Positions 9,911 through 19,692 of a stretch of DNA of 64,000 nucleotides are shown here, in pieces (within the stretch, counting starts at the first letter, position 1; every line of letters begins with the position of its first letter). The translations under genes and the position numbers were made by a program. This DNA comes from Planctomycetota bacterium (lineage in GTDB: Bacteria; Planctomycetota; UBA8108; SXIK01): NCBI GenBank assembly GCA_965223845.1, contig CBDCXR010000004.1:4416001-4480000 (forward strand). Reading direction: 5' to 3'. Below the pieces are notes generated by a model, which saw nothing but the letters and a program-made list of their open reading frames with translations, made no database searches and was not told the DNA's origin.

Positions 9911-11251
9911 ATGCCGCTCAGCAAAATCAGGATTCGTCGTTTTACCGCCACGCTGGTTCTCTTGCTCGTCAGCGGAAGCGCACTCCATGCGGACGACTGG
10001 CCGCAGTGGATGGGACCGCGACGGGACAATACTTGGCGGGAGGACGGGATCATCGAGCGCTTTCCCGAGGGCGGGCCGAAGGTCGTGTGGCGTGCTCCCA
10101 TCAAGGGCGGCTACGCCGGCCCCGCGGTCGAGGGCGGGCGGGTTTGGATCCTCGACTACGCGACTCAGTCCGAGAAGGATCCGAACTTCAAGCGGCAGGA
10201 AAAGCCCGGCACGGAGCGCATCGTATGCCTCGACGCGGCCACCGGCGACGAGATTTGGAATCACGAATACCCGGTGACGTATTCCATTTCCTATCCGGCC
10301 GGACCGCGCTGCACTCCGACGGTTCACGAAGGCAAGGTCTACGCGCTCGGAGCGCACGGCCGCCTCACGTGCATCGACGCGAAGACGCGAAAGATCCTCT
10401 GGTGGAAAGAGCTCACGCGCGAGTACAAGACGAAGCCGGCGCTCTGGGGGTATACGAATCACCCACTCGTCGACGGAAAGAAGCTCATCTGCATCGTGGG
10501 TGGCGAGGGTAGTCACGCGGTCGCGTTCGACAAGGACACGGGCAAGGAAATCTGGCGGACGATCACGGCGAAGGAGCAGGGGTACTGTCCGCCCGTCATC
10601 TACAAGGCCGGCGGCGTACGCCAGCTCGTCCTCCTTCGTTCGGACGGCGTCTCCGGAGTGAACCCGGAGACGGGAGACGTCTACTGGACGATTCCCTACG
10701 AAGCGACGAGCGGCTCGATCATCATGACGCCGATCCTTTCGGGCGAGTACCTCTACATGGGCGGTTACTCGAACAAGAACCTGCTCGTCGGGCTCGCAAA
10801 GGACAAGCCGGCGGCGACGGAAGTCTGGCGCGACCTCAAGAAGAAGGCGCTCTCGGCGGTCAATGTCCAGCCGTTCCTCGAGGGCAACGTTTTCTACGGT
10901 TTCGATCAGCGTGGATCGATGCACGCGGTCGAGATCCCGAGCGGGGAGCGACTCTGGGACAGCACGGGACCGATCGACGGCGGGCGCCCCCAACAGGTCG
11001 CGACGGCCTTCATCGTGAAGGAGAAGACGGCGACGCGCGACCGCTTCTGGCTCTTCAACGAGCGGGGTGAGCTCATCATCGCGAACCTCTCACGCGACGG
11101 CTACGAAGAGCTCGACCGAACCAAGGTGATCGAGCCGACGGGCGCGGCTTCCGGTCGAAGCGTCGTGTGGAGCGCCCCGGCGTTCGCGAATCGCCGGGCT
11201 TATATTCGAAACGACGAGGAGTGCGTGTGTGTGGAGTTGGCGGCGCGATGA
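9911..11251 (+). CDS. PQQ-binding-like beta-propeller protein (BamB/PQQ_2 type)
   Basis: Signal peptide then ADDWPQWMGPRRD, GGYAGPAV, CLDAATGDEIW, GPRCTPTV and WSAPAFAN, typical of the planctomycete PQQ-propeller family. Confidence 0.88.
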   Translation: MPLSKIRIRRFTATLVLLLVSGSALHADDWPQWMGPRRDNTWREDGIIERFPEGGPKVVWRAPIKGGYAGPAVEGGRVWILDYATQSEKDPNFKRQEKPGTERIVCLDAATGDEIWNHEYPVTYSISYPAGPRCTPTVHEGKVYALGAHGRLTCIDAKTRKILWWKELTREYKTKPALWGYTNHPLVDGKKLICIVGGEGSHAVAFDKDTGKEIWRTITAKEQGYCPPVIYKAGGVRQLVLLRSDGVSGVNPETGDVYWTIPYEATSGSIIMTPILSGEYLYMGGYSNKNLLVGLAKDKPAATEVWRDLKKKALSAVNVQPFLEGNVFYGFDQRGSMHAVEIPSGERLWDSTGPIDGGRPQQVATAFIVKEKTATRDRFWLFNERGELIIANLSRDGYEELDRTKVIEPTGAASGRSVVWSAPAFANRRAYIRNDEECVCVELAAR

Positions 11252-12684
11252 GCAGAGCGGCACGACAGATGAATCGTCGACTTTGCGGACTCGCTGTCTC
11301 ACTCCTCTGGGTCGCGCCGACGATCGCGGACGACCGCCCGAACATCCTCTTCGTGATGGTCGACGACCTCGGGAAGGACTGGATCTCGTCCTACGGGGCC
11401 GACGAAATCGAGACTCCCCACGTCGACCGCCTCGCCGCGACGGGGATGAAATTCCAGAACGCCTGGTCGATGCCCCAGTGCACGCCGACTCGCGTCGCCC
11501 TCCTCACCGGACAGTATCCGTTCCGTACCGGCTGGGTGAACCACTGGGACGTGCCTCGCTGGGGAGTCGGCTACTTCGATTGGGAGCGCTACACAACGTT
11601 CGCGAGCGTCCTCAAGTCGGCCGGCTACTCCACCGCGATCTCCGGCAAGTGGCAGATCAACGACTTTCGCCTCGAGCCGAAGGCGCTCGAGAAGCACGGA
11701 TTCGATGATTGGTGCGTGTGGACCGGCTATGAAGCCGGCAACCCGCCGAGCGGCGAGCGCTACTGGAATCCGTACATTCACACGCGCGACGGGAGTCGCA
11801 CGCACGCGGACAAGTTCGGTCCCGACGTCTACTGCGATTTTCTCATCGACGCGATGGAGCGGCACCGCGAGAAACCGATGCTCCTCTACTACGCGATGAC
11901 CCTCACGCACGGGCCGCTCGTCGATCCACCCGGCGCACAGGCGAGTCCCGACGCGCCGAGGAAGGGGCGCAGCCGCGCCAGGTTCGCGAGCATGGTTCGC
12001 TACACCGATCGCCTCGTCGGCCGCTTGATCGACGCCCTCGAGCGACTCGAGCTCCGCGAGCGAACGATCGTCTTCTTTACAACCGACAACGGCTCACCGA
12101 AGGGAGTCGTCGGTTCGATCGGCGGCAAGAAGCCGCGCGGGGGGAAGGGAACGAAGTGGGAAGCGGGCGTTTGCGCGCCGTTCATCGTGAGCTGCCCCGG
12201 TCGCGTACCGAGTGGCGCAAGAGTCGACGCGATCACCGATTTTACGGATCTCCTCCCCACGTTCGCCGAGCTCGCCGGCGCGAAGATCCCCAACGGGCTC
12301 GTCCTCGACGGAAAGTCGATCGCGCCGCTCCTCACCGGGAAAGCGAAGACGTCCCCCCGCGAATGGATCCTCGCGATGGGTCACGGGCCGGCGCGGCTCG
12401 ACCAAGACGGAGTTCGCGGTCAGGCCGACTTCACCGCGCGCGTGCTGCGCGACGAGCGCTACAAGGTCTGGGTCGACGAGAAGCGGGCGATCCAGGCGCT
12501 TTACGATCTCGAGAAAGATCCGGGCGAGGAACGAAATCTCGTTGATTCCGGCCAGGGCTCTCTTCGAGCAGTCGTGAAGAAATTCGAGAGCATCGTGAGC
12601 GAGTTCCCTCCGGTCGACGCACGCCCGAAGTACCGGAAGCGCGCACCAAACGACTGGGATCGAAAGCCGCGGGCGGCGCGCTGA
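11248..12684 (+). CDS. Sulfatase (formylglycine-dependent, Cys-type)
   Basis: PNILFVMVDDLG, CTPTR signature, GKW, TDNG; ATGA overlap with the upstream stop at 11248-11251. Confidence 0.92.
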   Translation: MSRAARQMNRRLCGLAVSLLWVAPTIADDRPNILFVMVDDLGKDWISSYGADEIETPHVDRLAATGMKFQNAWSMPQCTPTRVALLTGQYPFRTGWVNHWDVPRWGVGYFDWERYTTFASVLKSAGYSTAISGKWQINDFRLEPKALEKHGFDDWCVWTGYEAGNPPSGERYWNPYIHTRDGSRTHADKFGPDVYCDFLIDAMERHREKPMLLYYAMTLTHGPLVDPPGAQASPDAPRKGRSRARFASMVRYTDRLVGRLIDALERLELRERTIVFFTTDNGSPKGVVGSIGGKKPRGGKGTKWEAGVCAPFIVSCPGRVPSGARVDAITDFTDLLPTFAELAGAKIPNGLVLDGKSIAPLLTGKAKTSPREWILAMGHGPARLDQDGVRGQADFTARVLRDERYKVWVDEKRAIQALYDLEKDPGEERNLVDSGQGSLRAVVKKFESIVSEFPPVDARPKYRKRAPNDWDRKPRAAR

Positions 12685-12727
12685 GACGAGCGATCAGCGC
12701 GCGTCCGACCCGGCTTTCGCTCGTCCC

Positions 12728-14716
12728 TTAGCCGTTACAACTCGGCGGACACGCCCCACCCGCGCGGAAACACTCCTCACCGAGAATGTGCGCGGCGCCG
12801 TCGCCGAAGAGATGATTGAGCGCTCCGATCGCGTCCGCGATGTTCATATTTCCGTCACCGTTGAAATCGAGCACGGAGAGGCCCTCCGGACGATACTCGA
12901 CGGGTTCCGCACCCGCGACGACGTAGCAATCCGGAAGCCCGCCGTCGCCGAAGAGAAAGTTGAGCTGCGCGATGGCGTCGGCGATGTTGAATGCACCGTC
13001 CGCGTTCGCGTCGCCGGGCGTGAGCTCGGTCGCAACGGGGAAGCAGCCCTCGCCGAGCCCCCCGTCGCCGCCGAGGACACGCAGATTGTCGAACGTCGCA
13101 TCGGCGCGATCGAATTCCCCGAGCGCGTAGACGCCGATTCCGAAGCGGACCGTGTCAACTTCGAACGACGCCTCTCCGCCCTTCACGCCGTCCATGATGA
13201 CGGACACCGTCTCTCCGTTCGCGACGAGCTCGACGCGACGCGCGACGTCGAGCGCATCGAACGTGCAGCAGTTGTAGGCGGCGAGGTCAGTGCCTTCGCC
13301 GAGCGGCGGCCAGTCTTCGTCGGTCGAGCTGTTGACGACCCAGTCGCCGTTTCCGCCGCGGAGGAAGGAGAAGAAGATCCAATCCGAGCGTTCGCAGTCG
13401 AGGACCCACACTCCGGCGCGAAAGCCTCCGACGCTCGCGGAGGTCAGGGTCTGATCGACCTGAAACGTCACGGGTTGCTCGAGCGAAGGATGGAACGTCT
13501 CATCGGAAATCAGCGCCCCACCACCCCAGAACGACGCGAAGCCGTCGGCGACTAGACGGACGGCCCCGTCGACCGCCTCGGCGGCAAAGTCCGCCTCACC
13601 GTCCTCGAACGGCTCGTCGTCCTCGCTCCACGGAATCGCCCCGTCGTCGAAATCGGCTTCGACGAGGACGCTCGCAACAAACACGTCGATCGGCTCGTCC
13701 GCACAAGCCTCGAGGTCTCCCCCGAGCGTAAGCTCGACAAAACCCGGTCCGCCGATCGCGAGCTCGAGCGTGCGGAACGCGGGATCGCCGGCAGCGAATT
13801 CGATCGTCGCCACGCCGTCGGCCGAGCCGGCGATCGCCGCGACCCCCGGATCACTCGAGGTGATGGTCACCGTCGTCGGGCGCGGCGCTTCGGGCGGGAT
13901 CTGAAGCGTGAGCTCCGGAGTTTCCCCTTCGAGCGTTTGGGTGAACGGTGGAGTGAGCGCGACGCACTGCTCGGTCGCGCCGGTCACAATCACGTTGTCG
14001 AAGACTCCACGGACCATGTCCGTCGGCTGCGCCCCTTGCCCTCGCCTCGCGTACACGCCGATCTCGATCACGATCCCCTCGGAGAACGGAAATCGCACGA
14101 GCGGCCCCTCGATTCCATCAAGCAAGAGGAGAACGTTCTCTCCGTCGGCGACCATGCCCATTGTGTGCTCGCCGAAGTCGCCGTCGAGGCCGTCGAACTC
14201 AGCGATGCTGATACCGGTGTTCGTCGCGTTGTCGTCGGGGTCACCCACTCGCTTGTTGTACGTCCAACCGCCTTCGTTCGAATTGTGCGAGAAGAAGACG
14301 TAGTTCTCCCGACTGGCGTCGGTGATCCAGAGCGACGTGCGCGTCGACGAGTTCTCTCCCGCGCCGGTCGCGGTATTGTCGCGGCGCTCGTGGAGCACCC
14401 GGTCCACTTCGAGAACGAGAGGGTCATCGACCGATGCGGTAAACGTCGGAACCGTCGCGAGCGCGAAACCGCCCCACCAATTCCGTGTGCCTTCACCTTC
14501 GATGACGAGCTGGCCATCGACGACCATCGCCTCGTACTCGCCGTCTCCGGTCTCGAACGGCCGCCGGTCGACGCGCCACTTTGCTTCGTCGATCTCGCCC
14601 GACTCGAAATCATCCTCGAAGAGGACTTGACCGCGAACGAGTGCCGGCTGAGCGAAGAGGAGTAGAGCGACCGTCCAGAGGGTCGCGCCTCGGTGGTGCG
14701 AGTCGGAAGTACGCAT
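12728..14716 (-). CDS. Secreted acidic protein with duplicated beta-sandwich domain and C-terminal dockerin-like domain
   Basis: Signal peptide; two similar units (FEDDFESG..PFETGDG..WWGG / EADFDDG..PFEDGEA..FWGG); C-terminal GDANADGAFNIADAI...DFNGDGNMNIADAI. Confidence 0.8.
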   Translation of the reverse strand: MRTSDSHHRGATLWTVALLLFAQPALVRGQVLFEDDFESGEIDEAKWRVDRRPFETGDGEYEAMVVDGQLVIEGEGTRNWWGGFALATVPTFTASVDDPLVLEVDRVLHERRDNTATGAGENSSTRTSLWITDASRENYVFFSHNSNEGGWTYNKRVGDPDDNATNTGISIAEFDGLDGDFGEHTMGMVADGENVLLLLDGIEGPLVRFPFSEGIVIEIGVYARRGQGAQPTDMVRGVFDNVIVTGATEQCVALTPPFTQTLEGETPELTLQIPPEAPRPTTVTITSSDPGVAAIAGSADGVATIEFAAGDPAFRTLELAIGGPGFVELTLGGDLEACADEPIDVFVASVLVEADFDDGAIPWSEDDEPFEDGEADFAAEAVDGAVRLVADGFASFWGGGALISDETFHPSLEQPVTFQVDQTLTSASVGGFRAGVWVLDCERSDWIFFSFLRGGNGDWVVNSSTDEDWPPLGEGTDLAAYNCCTFDALDVARRVELVANGETVSVIMDGVKGGEASFEVDTVRFGIGVYALGEFDRADATFDNLRVLGGDGGLGEGCFPVATELTPGDANADGAFNIADAIAQLNFLFGDGGLPDCYVVAGAEPVEYRPEGLSVLDFNGDGNMNIADAIGALNHLFGDGAAHILGEECFRAGGACPPSCNG

Positions 14717-14836
14717 GACGATCCTCCGCGAGTACGATGAGCTGCAGCGTCCCTCCATTGTAGCTCGCGGCGGCCTGACGCCGAGTCGCGGTTTTCGTCC
14801 TCGAGAGCCATTTCCGAGGCGCGCAGAGTATTTCAG

Positions 14837-17224
14837 TTGAGTCCTCATTCATCGAACGCACCCGTCTCCATCGCATCGCGCAGCGCGCTGCTGTGGTTCG
14901 TCTTCGTTTTCAATACACCGTCGATCGCGGAACCGCCGACGCGCGCCGATGCTCTCGTCGCGCTCGAGAAAGCCGTCGCGTTCTTTCGAGAGCGCGTCGC
15001 CGTCGAGGGCGGCTACGTCTGGCGCTACAGCGCTGACCTGTCGAGGCGAGAAGGCGAAGGCAAGGTCGGATCGACAACGGTGTGGGTGCAACCACCGGGC
15101 ACACCGTTCGTCGGCGACGGCTTCCTCACGGCGTTCGAGCTGACGGGGAACGAGAGTTGTCTCGCCGCGGCACGAGACGCGGCACAGGCGCTCGTCCGCG
15201 GTCAGCTTCACTCGGGCGGATGGACGGCCCGCATCGAATTCGGCGACGAAGCCCGGCGGCGCTTCGCTTATCGCGTCGACGGCGAGCCTTCGCGGAAAGC
15301 GCGCGACGTGAGCTCGCTCGATGACGACATGACGCAGTCGGCGCTGAGATTCCTCGCTCGCTTCGATCGCGCGACGGGCTTCGGCGATCCCGCGATCCAC
15401 GAAGCGGCTCGGTTCGGACTCGCGAGCCTCATCGCGGCGCAGTTCCCGAACGGCGCCTGGCCGCAGGGATACCGCGGAGCGCCGGAACGAGATCGACATC
15501 CCGTCAAGCCCGCTTCGTACCGTGAGAGTGGCGAGTACCAGAGGATCAAGGCGTACTGGGAACTCTATACTCTGAACGACCATCTCGTGAGCGACTGCAT
15601 CGAGACACTGCTACTCGCCGCCGATGTATACGGCGAGTCGCGCTACCGAGACGCCGCGCTCAGAGCCGGCGATTTTCTCATCCTCGCGCAGATGCCGAAA
15701 CCTCAGCCGGGCTGGGCGCAGCAGTACGACTTCGAGATGCGCCCGGCCTGGGCGCGCAAGTTCGAGCCGCCGGCGATCACGGGTGGTGAATCGCAAAGCG
15801 TCATGGCGGCACTTCTCGATCTCTACGAGGAGACGGGCGAGCGCCGCTACTTGGAGCCCCTCCCGAGCGCCCTCCGGTATTTCGAGCGGTCCCTGCTCCC
15901 CGATGGGCAGCTCGCGCGCTTCTACGAGCTCCGGACGAATCGCCCGCTCTACTTCACACGAAAGTATGAGCTCACGTACAGCGACGCCGACATGCCGACC
16001 CACTACGGGTTCAAGGTCGCTTCGCGGCTGCCCGCGATTCGAAAGCGCTACGAGGAGCTCGCGGGAGCGCCTTGGAAGGCGAAGATCCCACAACGAGCCG
16101 CGGCAGAAGCTCCCCCCGCGGAATCGATTCGCGAGATCATCTCCGCGCAGGATAACCGCGGAGCTTGGATCGAAGACGGTCGGCTCCGCTTCTGGGGGAA
16201 AGGCGATCCTACGCGACAGATCATCGATCCGCGGACGTTCGTTCGAAACATCACCCTCCTCGCTCGATTCGCCGGTCGAGGCGATGCGCGCCCCGATTCG
16301 GAAACGCACGGATGGCCGAGCGCGGTCGAGGAGGTGCGGTACTTGAGCTCCGCCGACGACTCTCTTCAGCCCGCGATGGTCTACGTCCCCGAATCGACCG
16401 AGCCGATGCCGCTCCTCGTCGGGCTTCATACTTGGAGCGCGGACTACCGACAGACCGGGCCGACCGTAGGCGGTGTCTACGCGGAGTGGTGCATCGAGAA
16501 GGCGTGGGCGTTCATCCATCCGAACTTTCGCGGCCCGAATCGCCGGCCGGAGGCGGGAGGATCCGAGCTCGTCGTGGACGATATCGCAAGCGCGGTGAGC
16601 TACATGCACGAACGGACAGCGATCGACGTCGCCCGCGTTTATCTCGTCGGCGCTTCGGGCGGAGGGCACGCGGCGCTCCTCATGGCGGGCCGGCGGCCGG
16701 ATCTCTGGTCGGGAGTTTCGGCATGGGTCCCGATCGCCGACCTCGCCGCCTGGCACCGAGAGTGCACCACGTCCGGACTCAAGTACGCGCGCGAGCTCGA
16801 GCTCATCTGCGGTGGGCCCCCGGGCGCGAGCGACGCGGTCGATCTCGAGTACCGCCGGCGATCCCCCCTAACATGGCTCGCGGCCGCGAAAAGTGTCGCA
16901 CTCGACATCAATGCGGGAATCCGCGATGGCCACGAGGGGAGCGTTCCGGTCGGACACTCGCTCCGCGCGTTCAACGCGATCGCTGCGCCCGAGGATCGCA
17001 TCGATGCCGGAGCGATTCGTGAGATCGAGAAGACGGCGAGCATCCCCGCGCGCCTCGGTCCTGCGCCGGTGGACGCGAGCTACCGCGACAAACCGCCCCT
17101 CTTTCGCGCAGAGTCGGGGAACGCACGCGTCACGATTTTTCGCGGAGGACACGAGATCCTTCCCGCGGCGGCGCTTTCGTGGCTCGAGTCTCAGATTCGT
17201 ACGAGGTCGCCGGCAGCTCAGTGA
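14837..17224 (+). CDS. Pectate lyase (PL10/PelA-like) fused to an alpha/beta hydrolase (S9/esterase-like)
   Basis: PL10-like motifs SLDDDMTQ, AQFPNGAWPQ, TLND, WAQQY..PAWARKFEP, ARFYE; hydrolase GASGGGH nucleophile elbow, GIRDG and FRGGHE. The TTG start is uncertain. Confidence 0.82.
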   Translation: MSPHSSNAPVSIASRSALLWFVFVFNTPSIAEPPTRADALVALEKAVAFFRERVAVEGGYVWRYSADLSRREGEGKVGSTTVWVQPPGTPFVGDGFLTAFELTGNESCLAAARDAAQALVRGQLHSGGWTARIEFGDEARRRFAYRVDGEPSRKARDVSSLDDDMTQSALRFLARFDRATGFGDPAIHEAARFGLASLIAAQFPNGAWPQGYRGAPERDRHPVKPASYRESGEYQRIKAYWELYTLNDHLVSDCIETLLLAADVYGESRYRDAALRAGDFLILAQMPKPQPGWAQQYDFEMRPAWARKFEPPAITGGESQSVMAALLDLYEETGERRYLEPLPSALRYFERSLLPDGQLARFYELRTNRPLYFTRKYELTYSDADMPTHYGFKVASRLPAIRKRYEELAGAPWKAKIPQRAAAEAPPAESIREIISAQDNRGAWIEDGRLRFWGKGDPTRQIIDPRTFVRNITLLARFAGRGDARPDSETHGWPSAVEEVRYLSSADDSLQPAMVYVPESTEPMPLLVGLHTWSADYRQTGPTVGGVYAEWCIEKAWAFIHPNFRGPNRRPEAGGSELVVDDIASAVSYMHERTAIDVARVYLVGASGGGHAALLMAGRRPDLWSGVSAWVPIADLAAWHRECTTSGLKYARELELICGGPPGASDAVDLEYRRRSPLTWLAAAKSVALDINAGIRDGHEGSVPVGHSLRAFNAIAAPEDRIDAGAIREIEKTASIPARLGPAPVDASYRDKPPLFRAESGNARVTIFRGGHEILPAAALSWLESQIRTRSPAAQ

Positions 17225-17259
17225 TCTCGGGTGGAGGGAGACGCCGAGGACTAGCCCCA

Positions 17260-18339
17260 TCACCGCGGAGCATCGGTCGTCGGCTCGAGCGCCTCGGGCT
17301 CCGTCTTCCGCTGGGTGTCGCCTTCGTCGATCCGATCGATCTCACTCAAAAACGCGCCCCACGACGGGCGGACGTGGATCACCATCGGGAAGATCTGGCG
17401 GATGGTACCGCTCTTGTCGACGAGGTAAGCGGTGGTTCGGTCGTAGAGCGGCGTACCTTTCCGCTCGATATCTGCGGCGATCTTGAACGCGCGGTCGGGA
17501 AACTGGCGCGCCATCTTTCCGGCAGCCTCGATCGAGCGATCTTCCTGCGACACCGCGACGACGAGCGTATCGCGCTTCTCGAATTCACTGTAGGTCTCAT
17601 GCAGCTGGCCCAGCTGCGTCTTACAAAACGGTCACCACGACGCGCGGTAGGTCGTGATGATGATCTTCTTCTTCCCGACGTAATCAGAGAGCGCGAGCGT
17701 TCCGCTCCCGTCCGCTAGAGGAAGGTCGAAGAGCGGAGCCTTGTCCCCGATCTTCAGCTGCTTCGCGTCGACACCCCAGAACGAATTCTTCGCGTCCGCA
17801 GCCACCGCGGTGGCGCCGGCTTTCAGCGGTAGGCTGAGCCGGCGGCGATAGAAGAACTCCGCGCCGCTCGCCTTCGACTTGAAGAACGCCGTGACGATGA
17901 GCCCGATTGCATCCTCCGGCTTCGGCGACTCCTTGAGCGTGAGCTTCACCGTCGTCGCCCCTCGCTCGACGAGACGCTCGAACGGAGCTTCGAGGAACTC
18001 GTTCCGAGCGAGCTCGCGGTAGTTCGAAAGGTGTTTTCCCTCGAGCTCAACCGACGGAGGAACGTCGAGCTGGAGGATCGGCGAGTGCTTCATGCGCCGG
18101 CCGACGGGGACGCTGAGGTCATCGGGGACGTCGAGCTCGAGGACAAACTCGTACGCCTCACCGACGGTGGTCGGATCGGAGGCCCAGCGCGCCGACACAC
18201 CGACCGTGCTCTCCGCCGGCGACGCAACGGAGATGCAGCTCACCAAGATTGCACTCAGCACGAGACGACTCCTTCCGTCGACGAACGAATGCGTCGACCT
18301 CGATCCAGGGCGCTCAGTGTAACGTGCACTTGGGTCCAC
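17260..18339 (-). CDS. Selenoprotein: exported AhpC/TSA (peroxiredoxin-like) protein with UPFC motif and N-terminal beta-rich domain
   Basis: ORFs 17632..18339 and 17260..17553 are in the same frame. Reading through TGA 17632-17634 gives LKIGDKAPLFDLP...YRASW-U-PFCKTQLGQLHETYSEFEKRDTLVVAVSQE...AYLVDKSGTIRQ, a continuous redoxin fold. Confidence 0.88.
17601..17617 (-). promoter_or_regulatory. Putative bacterial SECIS hairpin
   Basis: In the mRNA sense GCAGCUG-GGC-CAGCUGC is a perfect 7-bp stem. Its G-starting loop begins 22 nt downstream of the in-frame UGA, consistent with the bacterial SECIS model. Confidence 0.75.
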
Positions 18340-18516
18340 TCACCCGGAATTCCGTCCCCACGTGGAAACGGTCTTCTTCTTCGCCCGAACTCGGCGCCGG
18401 GTTCGATGGGCGGAGCGGCGAGCTGCCGAAGGTCGAAGCTCGAGCTTGCGAGAATTCGAACCCCCGCGGCGGCACCTCGATCTCATCTCACCGTGAGATC
18501 GTCCGAACCCGGGCAC

Positions 18517-19512
18517 TCACGAACGATCGCGATACTCGTCGTGACATCGACCGCAGCTTCGTCGGAGGCGCTCGAGTTCGGTCGTCGCTGCCGCTCCATC
18601 GCCCTTCTCGATCGACTCAACAAGACGGCGAGATGCGTCTTCCGCCTCGACGAGCCACTCGCGGAGCTGCGCGGCGTCGCCCCGCCCGGTAAGCGCGCGA
18701 ACCGCTTCGTGAAACCCCTCACGGAGAAGCAGTGCTTCGTGAGCCGGCGCGATGTCGGGATGTTCGGAGGGACGCTCCCATCCCGCCCGGCGGGAGAGCT
18801 TCAGGTGTTCGAACGCGCGGTCCACCTGGGCCATCGCGGCGGCGACGGAGTCGACCGGAGCGACCTCGACGAGATCGGGAAGCTCTTCGCTGGCATCGAG
18901 TGGACGAAACCCTTCGACGTCGCGCCACAGTCCGAGGTACTCCCGGCTCGTACCCGCGAGCTCGAGAACGTCGAGAGTATCGTGCGTTTCGAGATCGCCC
19001 GAGGCGACGCCCGCCACCGCCGCGGCGGCCGGCGCGCGATTCGTGCCGTGGTGACAGTGAATGTAGAACGGCGCCTCCGCATCCCGAACGAGACGGGTGA
19101 GCGCCCGCGCCGCTCGGCGATCGATTCCGTCGTAGCCGATCGGAATGTGCACGTAGCGTAATCCGCGCGCGCGGGCCGACTCGACGTCCGGCCGCGCTCC
19201 GTCGACGCTCACGATGGTCTTCACACCGAGCCGCTCGAGCTCGGAGTAGTCCGCATCTCCGCGCGGCTCGCCGCCCGAGTAAATTCCGCCGGAGACCTGC
19301 AGCAGATTCTGGATGCTCGAGCCGCTCAGCGCCCGGGGCGTCGGCGCCGGCAACTCGCCCTCCGGCACGGTCGGACATTCGTACGGATCGGACGGACGCG
19401 GGGGGCGCACAGCGCAGCTAGGAACGAACCCTGCCGCCCCGATGATCGCGATCACCAACCACGTCAAAGCGGATTCAGTGCCGCCGCGCCTTTGCCGGCT
19501 GTTCCCGTTCAT
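18517..19512 (-). CDS. Exported (probably lipoprotein) protein-tyrosine/dual-specificity phosphatase-fold domain fused to a cytochrome c'-like domain
   Basis: Hydrophobic N-terminus ending VPSC; IHCHHGTNR (HCx5R) loop; C-terminal helical region ending CGRCHDEYR (CxxCH). Confidence 0.8.
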   Translation of the reverse strand: MNGNSRQRRGGTESALTWLVIAIIGAAGFVPSCAVRPPRPSDPYECPTVPEGELPAPTPRALSGSSIQNLLQVSGGIYSGGEPRGDADYSELERLGVKTIVSVDGARPDVESARARGLRYVHIPIGYDGIDRRAARALTRLVRDAEAPFYIHCHHGTNRAPAAAAVAGVASGDLETHDTLDVLELAGTSREYLGLWRDVEGFRPLDASEELPDLVEVAPVDSVAAAMAQVDRAFEHLKLSRRAGWERPSEHPDIAPAHEALLLREGFHEAVRALTGRGDAAQLREWLVEAEDASRRLVESIEKGDGAAATTELERLRRSCGRCHDEYRDRS

Positions 19513-19692
19513 TCACTTTCGGCCAGTCATCCCTGCTCTCCCCCACGGCTGCCGTCCACAGTGGACTCGATTAGATTGGGGTGAAATCGCGGCATTTCAA
19601 GCCGGTCGGGCGCACAACGAGCAAGAGATCTCGAATTTGCGAGCGATGTTCGCGGTCCCGCTCCAGCAGGATCGAGAGGGCTCGGCGCGAAC

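Noticed and set aside
17632-17634. TGA as a nonsense mutation (pseudogene) or evidence of an alternative genetic code
   Set aside because: It falls precisely on the redox Cys position with a SECIS-like hairpin, and TGA acts as a normal stop in many other genes here.
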